Origin: Raillietiella orientalis | Taxonomy: Eukaryota | Reading direction: 5' to 3' | Length of the DNA stretch: 64,000 bases | NCBI GenBank assembly: GCA_036172245.1 | Contig: JAYWIR010000036.1 | Span: forward strand, 1,116,001-1,180,000 | Part shown: piece by piece, positions 37,601-49,600 of the stretch | Numbering within the stretch: position 1 is the first letter of the stretch | Layout of the letters: the number at the start of each line of letters is the position of its first letter | Notes under the pieces: model-generated | Database searches by the model: none | Told to the model about the DNA's origin: nothing | What the model saw: the letters and a program-made list of their open reading frames with translations, nothing else | Program-made: the position numbers and the translations under genes

Positions 37601-40600
37601 TCCAGATAGAGGGCATGAGACTGCCCCCGCAAGCTGCAGCCGGCGCTGACATCGGGTGGTGGTGGGGACTTCCCCTCATCGGCTCGAAGGCCTCCACTCT
37701 CGACCTCACGGTCCCACTTCTTCCTGCCCGTCCTTTGCGATGCTCGAAAAGCATCTTCAAGTCCGCTCAAATCGTCTGCCCCTTCCCTCGTACCCAGACC
37801 CCACCGGTCCGCGAAGGGGAGTGGGGTGGGGTGGGGTGAAAGGCAGCTTGTATCGGTAGAGAAGGACCGACTGCATGCTGGCTGGCTCAGAGCTGCGCTG
37901 GGGCGCTTCACTTCCAAGAGAGAAGCGCTCCTGACCTGAGACGTCCCGTCACGCCGCGCGACGCTCGAGGTCACGCGCTTGTCGCTCAGGAGGCCTCTTC
38001 CGCCCCCGAAGCCTCGCGGCAAGGGACCGAGCGGCACGCACGCCTCTGGACGCAGTACGACGTGTTCCGTGGCGCGCGCTGAGTTGCAGCAACGATGATG
38101 AGGGAAAGGTGGTGCCAACTTCTTCGGGTACGGTCCGTCAGAAGGAACGAGGGACTTTGGACCCTTGCCAGCGTCGGGCCGTGCTCGATGCCCGGATGCC
38201 GCGCTGCATGAACCATCAGGGGCTCCTGGCACGGCTAAAGAGCTTTCCGGCAACCCCGTCTGATTCCACCGACACTCTGGAGAGCTTTCTGGAATTCTCC
38301 AGGCGGTCACGCTGCGCCCGTCTGATTCCACTCTCGGCGCGGGCCCGCCCAGGGTCGTTACTGCGCGGTGCGAGTGGGGGAAAGCACCGTGGAGCCAGCA
38401 AAGCGAAAAAAGAGCGGTTTCGGACGGCAGCGAGCTAGCCACGCGGAGTCCTCGTGTGCTGCGCGGAGAGCCTGGGACTCGCTCCTGGACACGCGTGTTG
38501 GCGTCGACTGGCAACCCGCGCGAAGGACGGGTCTCTCATGCTTTGTTGTTTGCCAGCAATCTGCGGTGGTGAGCTGGAAATGGACCAGGGTCAACTGGAA
38601 TCTCCGAGTTACCCGGACGACTATCGACCAAACAAAGAGTGCATCTGGAAGATCACTGTTGCCGAGGGGTTCTTCGTGGCTCTGAAGTTCCAAGCGTTCG
38701 AGGTACGTCCAGCGGAAGCGAAAGCCCTGAAATGTCGAGCCAGGCGGAGTCTCGCATCCTCGCCTTCCGTCTTTCCTCCGGGAGAAGAAGGGGAGGGGGT
38801 TTCCTTAGTCTGCGGGAAAGCTGCCTCCGCGTGCTTTTCTGCTGCCTTTTCTGCTGCAGCTCGGTGTCTGCTCCACCAAGGCTACGGCGCAGCGGACTCC
38901 TTTGCAGCTTCGCTTGTCTTCAGAGCCCAGCGGGGGCCTCTTGGAAACTTCTTCGGCAAGCAAGAAGATTTCTCTGACTACCCTGGGTGCCTGGGTGCTG
39001 CCACCGGAGCTTATCCCCGTCTATTTGTAGCCCGGAGACCCCGTTCTCCATAGAATGCTGTGAGCTGTTTTCGAAAGATCCCGAGGAATCTCTGGATGCT
39101 GCAGAAAACGAATCCGCGCGGTCCGTTCCTCAAGCGAAAGGACGAGAAAGTTTCCATGGTATCTCCGAGGAACACGGATGGGAAGCCTTCGAAGAGACGC
39201 AAGGGAAGGAGAAATCTTCCAGAAGGTCTTCCTTGCTCTCGAGGAAATCCGGAAGACTTCTCCTTCCAGAGCACGAGGGAGCTCCAGGCAGGGTTCCTCT
39301 TCACCACCGTCGAAGGCATCATGAAATCAGGTCCGATTCTCCAATCTTTGGCGTTTCAACTCTTTCTTGTGTGTGACCTGACCTCATCCTGCCTTTCGAC
39401 TGGGATCAGCTTCCACTCATGCTTCGTCTTCCCCTCAAGTTCCTATCTTTCGCTTTTGCTTCCACGTTACACGGGCGTTTTCATTTTCGGTCCTCCCCGG
39501 AGTTGTGCAGCCTTGAAGAAGCAATGCTGCTTGGGACGGAAGTGTCGCCGACTGTGGGTGGGTGGTCCATCCTTTCCCCGAGGTCCCTTTCCGTCCTTTG
39601 CTCCTCCGGCTGGCTGCCCACTGATCCGAGCGAGATCTTCCTACTTCCAGGATGGCACTCTCAGACAGCCGTCTATCCCAGCATGCCTTCCTGTTTTCCA
39701 GATCGAGCTGCAAGACGACTGCATCTACGACTACCTGGAAATCAGGGACGGCCTGGACGACAGCAGCCCGCTTCTGGGGAAATACTGCGGCTACCAGAGC
39801 CCGCCTGACATCAAAGGCAGCCGTAACGTGATGTACGTGAAGTTCGTGTCGGATCAGTCAGTGCAGAAATCGGGATTTTCCGCCGAGTTCATCAAAGGTA
39901 GCGAACGTTTCGTCGGCACATCGCGACGGACCGAGGGAGGGGAAGGGAGACGGCTGCTGTTTTCCGGATTCCTGCCGACCTAGAGGCAGGGAACAGTGGC
40001 GGGACCGCTGCTTTATTTCTCGTGCGCGTTGGCCGTCGGCAGGGTCCTTGCGCGTTCTCGCCGAAAACTCCCTCGTGCGTTTCGAGGGGTTCCCGCGAAG
40101 GGGCGGGAGTCGAGGAGAAACGGGAGGTCGGGTCGGGAGACCCCATGCGTGTTCGTGAGCAGGAATGAAGGTCTCCTCAGTCCTCCTTCCAGTGACTCCG
40201 GGGGGACCACCGTCCTCAAGCTGAGATGGGGAAGTTCGTTTTCCCGTTTGCGGATTGCGCGCGCTAGTGACGTCATCGCTCGTAGATCTCCAGCTCGAGA
40301 GCTGTGTTCGTCACCAGTCTGGAAGTGATGTACTGTCGTCCACATGGAGGTTCCACAGGTGACCTCTGCAATCTGCATCATCCCGTTCTTTTTGTCCATT
40401 CAAAATTTACGCGCGCGTCGGAGAGTCCAGATGGAGGCTCGACATCGCCTTGTCCACATGGATGCAGACAACTCCCCCGGAGGTACTTGCACTTGGAAAA
40501 GAGCAAGACGTCGAGCAAAACGCACGGGAAAAATGATGGATGAAGCGCCGAAATGTGCTATGTCGATTTGACGCATGTGTGAGCCACGGTAGAACGCTCT

Positions 40601-43600
40601 CCCGCCGTGGACGCTCTCTCTTCCCGTGTCCGTGGAGTGAGAACGGAACATCCAGACCGGAAGAAAATCGGGATCGCTAACGGACGCGCGCGCGCTCGTG
40701 TATGCAGGAGCATTTCCTTGCATCCTCGAAAGCAGCCGCGCGCGTGCATCTTCCCAATTTCTCAGATCGCGTTGGAGCGGCGCTGAAAGATCGAGATGCT
40801 GGAAAGTGCGATCTCCAAGAACCGTCTCGGGTTTCCTGGACTTCGAGAGTGGGTGGCTGCGGAGTGGTCTCGGCACGGCAGGAAGTGATGACACTACTCG
40901 CGCGCCAGCCGTTCTGCAGGCTGTCATGCTGCAGGCGGTCATGCCAGGCGCACCCTGCCGCACGTGGCGAGCTTTTCCAATCGAAGATTCTGGCGCTGCC
41001 CTGTGAAAAGGAACCTTCCTTTCGTTCCTGCACTCTCGCGGCGGGCGGCAGGACCCTCTGCTTGCGAAGAAGAGGAAAAAACTGGTAAAAAGTTGGACAC
41101 CCAACCATCAACTCGAGTGCTCCCCTCCGGTCTGCTCCACCTCGGATCTTCCCTTAACGTGTGACAAGCGCGAGACAAAGCAATTTCTAGACGTCAGCGA
41201 AGATGCATCAGCCGTCGACACCCAGCTTTCGCATGCATCTGTTATCGATCAGCTGCGTTCGGCTCCGTGAGCCTTTTTTGTCAGCCAGCGCAAGATGCCA
41301 TGGTACATGCTCATTGCTCGTTCCGTTCCTCGGGAGGTTCCGAGATTTCCACCCGTGAAATCGGGAATGGCTTCCGGGACTTGGCTTTCGAGTGTCATCT
41401 TTGACAGAGCGCCCGAGGATGAAGATTTCATGCCAGTTCGTGGTCCAATTTGCATATCTCTCAAGAATCGGCTGTAATAGCAATCGATTCCGATTCCGTT
41501 CGAGGGGGAAGGGGGAAGCGAACGGGAGTTTCCCCTGTCTCATTAGTCAGACATGGCCGTCATGGGCGGATGAGGTGATTCGCGTGACGCCAAGCCTCAG
41601 ACAGGAGGGTGCGATCGGCAGAAGCCACCCCCTTCCGAGAGCAGGATGGCGCGTCGTGGAGATTCAACTCTTCCTTTCGTGTTCAGGGAACTCAGCTTCC
41701 CCTTCTTGCACCTCGATCGCTGTCGTGGTCTTTGAACCGGACGTTCTGGCACGGGCCAGAGATCGACCTGGTCCAGCTTTCATGGAGACAGGAAGAAAAG
41801 GAAGCCGCATTTCTTTCCTTTTTGTCCTTCGCCAACGCATCTGGACTGACTGGTCTTCCCTGACTCCTCTTCGCTGTCGGGGATGTGGCAGCAGCATCCC
41901 TTCTGATCCCCAAACGAAACCTCCGTCTCTCTGTTCTCGCATTCCAGAATTCGACGAGTGCGACACACCTGATCACGGATGCGAGCAGAAGTGCATCAAC
42001 ACCCTGGGAGGATACGAGTGCGAATGCAACATCGGCTACGAGCTCGAAAGCAACGGGAAGAACTGCACGGGTGAGCGGAGGTCTCCTCCAGGTCCCCCGG
42101 GTTCGGGTCCGTTTCCGTGTCATCCTGAGTGATTCTTCGCAGCTCCCCCTGGGGAAGGCTGCGGGAACCTCATTCCCAGTCTGGGGCTCTGGTTCTCTCC
42201 GAACCGATAGGTGACTCTTGTTAGATGCTTGCGGAGGAATCATCTCGGCCTCCAATGGTACCATCATCAGCCCCAACTTCCCCGAGTTGTACCCGACCAA
42301 CAAGAGGTGCATCTGGCTGATCGTTGCGCCTCCCCAATACACCATCACCCTCAACTTCACCCACTTTGACTTGGAGGGAAACAACGTGAGTTTCGCGGCG
42401 GGGAAAAACGACATTACGGGGAGGAGGGGCAAGGGAGGGGGGGAAGAAGTTTTTTTTTTTTTTTCTCTGCTGGAACCCCCGCTTCCATCTTGCGGTGATT
42501 TACAAGCACCCTCCCTCGTTTCCTCCCGGTACAACTTACGGTCTGTTTCCCTCTTCTTCGGGACTCCAGCCCGGCAGCAAGCGCTCCGCCTCCGGTAATT
42601 CTCTTGTCCAGCCTTCGGCAGATCTCTCTTTTCGGGATGTCCCGAGTCGCTGCTTCCTTGATTTATGGTTGGCTGCCAGAAGTGGGGATGTTTGCAGACA
42701 CACAGATGGGCTTTGGCAATCGCCGCAGCAAAGCGGGATGCGAGCCGTGCTGTTAGGTATGCTGGTGGCGATTCAGAAAAACCGAAGAGGAGGTCCGCGG
42801 CCCTCGGGCGGATGCAGGGTCCGCGTGGATGTCTTTAGTGATTATTGACGGCAGCGCGAGATCGTTGCACGAGACAAATGTCCCCCATTAATGAATTTCA
42901 GGATATGCGGAGCGCAAGTGGACCCTAATTCTTGACGGAGGACCGCGGGAAATGTATCATCTTACGAGCGCGGAATTCCCGACACGCGAGAGGCGCGTCG
43001 GGATGAGGAGAGTGGTAGCTATTCCGTCCAAAGAGCAGGAGGCCCGTACGCTCGCGACGCGACGCAGGATGACTCCCGGATCGGCGCGCGATACGCGGGA
43101 GTCGGCACCTTTCACCGGCAGGGAAATCGCGGCGGGGGGGGGGGAATACCTGGAGAGAAGATTCACCAGTTGAGTGGATTGCGCGGAATCCTTTCTTCTC
43201 GACTGTGGTGTGTCTGACTGGAATACCAGGTAGACTTCGTTAGACGAGGAGACCACCGGAGGAGGGATCTTGGCTCCGCAGGAAGTGTCCGAGGAACCGC
43301 CGTAGACCGATTTTTCCGGCTGGTCGAGAGAAAACCGATCACCACCTCCCGGGGGCTTCCCGTGCGCGGGACGGCGTAGCGCGCGGATGCGTGGAGCGGG
43401 GGAACCTGCCAGGAAAGAAAGGCAGAAGCCTGAACATCCTCTTCCGGATCCGCAGCGCGACCCCCATCCCCCTTCCTTCCTTCCTTCCTCCCTCCCTCAA
43501 GCCTTGGCGAATCGCCCCTGCGGAAAGTCGGAATTCCGCTTCGAACAACCTGCTTTGTTTGCAAAAGAACCAGCTTGCATTGGAGTGCCTTTTTGTTGCT

Positions 43601-46600
43601 GTTGCTGTTGTTGCCTGAGTTTGTTCTCTGTGTAGGTGGAATGCGATTACGACAAAGTCAATGTTACGAGTATTGTTGATGACGGTAGAGTTGTCAAGCA
43701 TGGTACTTTTTGCGGTTCCAGAATTCCCAATGCAATAACGTCCGAAGGGAACAGTCTCTCGATAGAATTCATCACCGACAACTCTGTACAGCACATCGGG
43801 TTCGCCGCCATATTTTTCGCAGGTCAGTTCGCCACGGTTCGATCCCCCCTTTCGTCACCTGGAAGAGCGTGGCCTGCAGATCAGGACGAGTGTGCCGTGG
43901 ACAACGGGGGCTGCCAGCACGTTTGCCGCAACGTCGTGGGCTCGTACCAGTGCCTCTGCAACAGCGGCTTCACCCTGCACGAGAACGGCCACCTTTGCAA
44001 GGAAGGAGGATGCAAGTTCGAAGTCACCTCCCCCTCCGGAGAAATCAAAACTCCCAACTTTCCGAATCCGTACCCGTCACGCAAGGACTGCACGTGGTCG
44101 CTGAAGACCGTCAAGGGACACCGGATCAAAATCGTAAGTTGGGGGAGGGGGGCGCACCCCAGGAGCCTCGAGGGGTTCGTCTGCGGCATACCGACGGATG
44201 AACTTGCACTCTGCGCCCACAGACGTTCCTGGAATTCCACGTGGAGCTCCACCAGGAGTGCAGCTATGACTTCGTCTCGGTCTACGACGGTTCATCGAGC
44301 AAGTCGACCCTGGGCACTTTCTGCGGAGCCAAGATACCTCCTCCGGTGGTCTCCTCTTCCAACGAACTCTACCTGGTTTTCCAGTCGGACACCACGGTTG
44401 AGAAGAAAGGATTCCGGGCCATCCACTCAACTGGTGAATCTTCTCTCCAGATATTCCCCGCCGCGGTACCCTGCTTGTGAGAGTTGCTTACCCCTGCGTA
44501 TCGCGCGCCGATCCGGAGGTCATCCCGCACCGCGTCGCGCGCATCCCCCGGCTCTTTGGACGGAAGAAAAGAACCGCTGGTCCACTGAGTCAGAGTGGGA
44601 GGAGCTCCTGGTTTAAGTGGCTCGCTTCCACTCCCAGAGTGCCCCGGCGTGTTTTGAGTGTACTCAGCTCGAGCACGACCCTAGAACGCTCGGCGTTTCC
44701 AGGGTGCAGATCCCGTAGAGGAATCCCCCGCGAGCGTCGTCATGACGGTCGGTTGCGTGGGCTTCTCTCGTCCGTTTCTCGGATGCCTGGAACCGCTCGC
44801 ATGACAATGCTGGCCTAGGGATGCCAGCGATACCAGGTCTGCATGCGGGGGAACGGGGATCAGTTCGCGCGCGCGCGCGGCTTCCTGTTGTCGCTGGTGC
44901 TGACAGATGAGTCGTGCCTATCCCACGCGAGCTGGGCGGTGTGCTTGGAGGAACGGCGACTTCCACCGGCGAAAGGGAAACGGTTCTGACCTCGAGGAAG
45001 GTCGGATGGGGCGCACCGGACTTTGGAGCAGCGGAGCTTCAGAATGGAACGTGGGGCAGACGCAGACTCCCCTGTCACTCCGGGAGTTCCTCAGCGCCTC
45101 GGCTCGCGAACCACATGGACGCGGGTGCGCCGCCGCCGCTCGCCTTCGAGCCCTTCCTTCTTGTCTTTGACTTGTTCTATTCGCTTGCCCTGCTCCCGTC
45201 AGAACCACGGAGGTCGGCGTTGCAGCGTTCCTCAGCTGGAGGGATGCGGCAGCAGGGTGGCAGCAGCATACCTGCCAGGTCCTGGTCGAATCCTGGGCTT
45301 GCAGCTGGAGTTCCGCTCGGTCATCGGGGATCCCGGCTCGTCCTCCGTCTGGCATTTTCACTGCTGCCGCCCCTGCTGCCCATGGAGAAGCTCGACGGCG
45401 TGTAAACTTCAGGTATGGGGAAGAATCTTTCGGTTCCTGTCAAGGTACGCGGTCCTTGCGAAGCGCTTTGTCTTGCGGAACGCTCTGGGATCACAGCGGG
45501 GGCAGCCTTGAAGAAATCAAGCGCTGATTTTCTTCAAGCTTTTCCTAAAAGGAGTACCAAGGATGGAAAGGTATGGGGCGCTGCGTGCCGGCGTGGGGCA
45601 TTCTTCAAGGGACCATCGGTTTCCCATATCGGTCGTTGGCGACGAAGGACACCATCAGCGAGAGGGCTCCCGAGAGAGAGGGTGCTATCGGCACTGTTGA
45701 CCGCTCGTTCGGACTCGCACGAAGTTTGCGGCGCATGCGCTGGAGGCGAGTGATACGCCCGAGATCTCTCCTTCGCCTTCTCCCGATTATCTGCCTTCTT
45801 CTGGGTCAGGGAGCACCCTTCCTGATTGATCCTCTCTTCATGCTTCCTTGTAGCTCCCGACAGCTCCCGGAGCTGGGAAGGAGTTGAGCTGAGGTGGAAA
45901 ACACACGCGGGAGGGGTTCGCGACTCAACCTCTCCTGAGCGGACGGGGTAATCGGCTCGGAAAGGACTGACATCTCCAGAAGGGGTCGTCATTCTTTCCA
46001 TCCCCCCCTCCCACCTGCGTGGGAGCAAGAGTCTCGCAGTGTCACCGGACCGGACCTGCGTCCTCAGTTCCCTCCGCTTCGCCGGACCTCCTAAGAGAGC
46101 AGCGGTCTTTCGCGCATGCTCGTCCGAATGTCCTTCTGGCGTTTTCCCTGGGCCTTCAAGACGTGATGGACTCCGCGGTGCATGCGTGCGTGCGTGCGTG
46201 CGTGCATGCGTGCTTTGCAGTCCTCGTGTCGAAGAACCACCTTAATCTCTTTCTCTCTTTCTTTTTTTTTTGTCTCGGGAGTTCAGTGTGCGGCGGACGC
46301 TTACAGGCCGTGTCTGAACTTCAGAAACTGTACTCCCACGTCAAGTTCGGGGACCATGACTACGACAAGGGTGAAGACTGCGAGTGGATCATCGAGTCCG
46401 CGGAACAGAAAGGCATCTTCTTCAAGTTCTTGACGTTCGAGCTGGAGGAGGAGGTGGAGTGCAACTACGACTCTGTCGAGATTTTCGTCAACTACCCGGA
46501 CAGCGCGGTGTCGCTGGGCAAGTTCTGCGGCCACGAGGTGAGAGAGCCCCGGGAGAAGGGGAAACAGAAGGGGCGAGTGGGCGCTATCCGCTCCGCGCTT

Positions 46601-49600
46601 CCCGCTCTGCTTCGTCCCTCCCGTCCTCAGGATATCCTCCGCTCGTCTTTGACCTCTTCCTTCCTGGTCCGAGTGCTTCATAGACTGAGGGTTCCCTTCG
46701 CCCCATTCGTTCCCGCTCGCGCACTTGTGAGGGCTCCCGGTTTCAGCAGCCGAGGGGCCCTCAGGTGGCGTTCTTCCACCTTCTCGTCGTCCGCCCCTGG
46801 GGCAGAAGCAGAAAATAACGCCGCGCAGGGTTGCCCACCGTCCTCTCCTTGCGCTCTAATGCTCGCTTTGTAGCCGCTTCTTCGACGGTCCAGCTCTTCC
46901 TGTCGGCGATCAGCGAAAATAGAGAGCAGTTCGCGGCCGATTGCTGCACCTAGAGGGGGGGGGGGCGATGCGAGCTGCAGAGACACGGGAGAGGTCAGCT
47001 ATCTCCTCCCAGTCATAAGGTTCCTTTATTTTGAAGTCGACGCTCCGGGCCCTTCCAGGAATCAAGGAGCGCTGGTTCCCTTTGGGGGTGCCCCCCGGTT
47101 GTGAAAATGGGGCCATCCTCCCCTCGTGGGCTACTCTCCATCACGTACGGAAGGTACGAACCACGGAACTGGTTGGTACTTTCTTCTGGAGATTGCTTCT
47201 CCGGAGTGTAAGAAGCGCTCTTCTCCCTACGGGGTTCTCTTCAGAGGAGGGATCAAGGAGAGGATTTCTTGCGGGAGATTCCCTTGGAGAGAATAAGGAA
47301 GAGCTTCTGTTCGGGGTTCCCTTTAAAGACAACCAGGGTGGAGGGTTTCCTTCAGTGTTCTTTGCCAAGAGTGAAAGAGGAACGGACCCCTTCCTCCGGA
47401 GCCTTCCTGGATTCATGGGGTGGTCCCTTCCCCGTGAACACACTAACATGAAGTATAGCACGCATCCTCGAGTAGCGTGGACGGTTCTTAAAGGGCTTCG
47501 TGAGCCCCTAGTCGAACGGTTCTTGAGTACTTAGAGAGCCAAAAAAAAAGAAAAATCTCGGAAGAAAATAGCGAAACAGAAGAACCCAAAGGGATTTTCC
47601 ATCATCCTTCTCGATGGACCAGTGCTCTCTTGTAGTCCATCTGCTATGCTTGCCGATCCTGAAACACTTCTTGGTCTGCAACGCTGAACGAAAATGGTTC
47701 CGAGGACTTCCTCGTACAAACCGTCCAATGGAGGTGGTCGTCAAAGAGCACCAGGTCATTCTCCGGAGTCAAGCTGCTTCTCGCGTTTTTGAAGCAGGAT
47801 GGAACTTCTTCATACCGATGCCAGATAACCAATTGTGTGCATCTGTGACTCCCATGGTCCTGGACCCAGAATGGGAAATGCCATTAGGACCAGTAGGAGA
47901 GATCCGTTCCTTCTTGAGGCTGTCTCTTCGCCTTCAAAATCTCGAAGAACACCCTCCGTCAGAGCATTCGGGTTGGCGCACGGCACGCCCTGCCCCGTGC
48001 CGGAGGGCGAGTGGGCACGGACAAACGGATAGGAGAAGCTTGCCGTTTGCTTCAAAAAAAAAAAAGAGAAAGGTGCAGCGAACACTGGCAATTACAGGAA
48101 TCATCGAGTCCAAGCCATGGCCAGCTGCAACTCGGCATGTTCATCTCCTCCATTCCGATCACGGGAGCACTTGAGAGCCAGGGACTCCCAGGAACCTCCC
48201 AGGACAGGCTGCCGCGGGTCGGATTGTAACTCTTGCGCCGCCTGAAGATTGAGGAGAAGCTTCAGATGAGCACCACTTACCAGGAATGCTCACCAAGGAC
48301 ACGTCGGACACATGCGTCGGATTCCGTCGGAGGACAGGGGTACCGTGATGCTTTTTGCGTGCTCTGCGTGTATGCGTCAGGGAGACGGAATGTCCTGCTC
48401 GGGATCATTTTGAACATTTCCTGGATAATCCGTTCAGCCGATCAGCTTCGCCGAGGATGCGTTCCTGAGTCTGAACGCTCGCGCTCTCCTCTGAGATTGA
48501 TCCAGATGCTGCCGCAGGCAGAATGTGAAGCTCCGGGAAGGAGTATTTCTCTTCCTAACAGCTGCTACTCACGAGGGAGCGCCCAGGAGACAACCCATTG
48601 CTTTTCCTGTCACCCGCAATCGAATTCCTAGCGCTTTAGTCCCTGTTTTTATGCTTGCGCTGGTGGCAATGTGGCTGCGGTCTCTCCACGCCTGGCACCG
48701 GGTATCGCGGGTTCGAATCCTCACGTGAAGGATCGGCGCCAGAGAAATGGGTGTGTCGTAGGTTAGAGCCCCTCCCGCAAGATGACGCTGATTGGCCCAT
48801 AGAATTTGGGTGCGGCACTGGAGGAAACCAGAAATTCCCGAATGTCTGCCCCCGATGAGTGACCGGAATGGGAAGTTGACCTCCGATTGTGAATATGGAG
48901 ATGTCTCCCCCTCGAAGGGGGGGGGATCCTCTCCATCTCGTACCACGGAGCTGGTCGACTGATACCTCTCCAGAGTTTGAAGAAACGCGCTGCTCCCTTC
49001 GGGAGGAACCCTTTAGAGGAACAACAGGGAGCGGTTCCTTTGCGAGTTACCTCCGGAGAAGAAACAATGGAACGGGCTCCTCCAGGGGATCCCTCCAGAG
49101 AGAATAAGGAAGAGGTGGTTCCCTTAGAAGACTACCAGGGCGAGGGTTGCCTTCGAGGTTCTCCTACCAAGCGTGAGAAGAACGGACTCCTCGCTCCGGA
49201 TCCCTGTCCGGGTTCATGGAGTGGTCCCCTCTCAGTGTTACCCCCTAACTGGAAAAGTTGCTACACACACGCCTCCTCCGCTGGCGTGGACGTGCTTCAA
49301 GAGCTTCGTGAGCCCCTAGACGAACGGTTTTTGAGTACTCAAGACTGGTCCCTGTCTTAAGAGAGACGGGAAGTCAGCTTTGGTAACTCGCTTCTGCCTC
49401 GTTTCGTGCCTCTGGGTCACTGGGGCGGTGGAGGATGTGCAGTGCTCCTTGAAGTCTTCAAGGATGGCCATCCATCGCGCTTCTCCCTGCGTACACGCCC
49501 CGTTTTCTTCTTCCACCTGTTCCGTGGTGTCGTTCTTTGCCCATCCGAGTCCCCAGAGAAAGGAGTGTCTGCTCGTGGAGAAACCCCTTCCGGAACAGAC

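Noticed and set aside
39060..39701. N-terminal part of the 307-aa ORF as coding
   Set aside because: Intronic read-through upstream of the acceptor at 39701. Only 39702-39897 is CUB-like.
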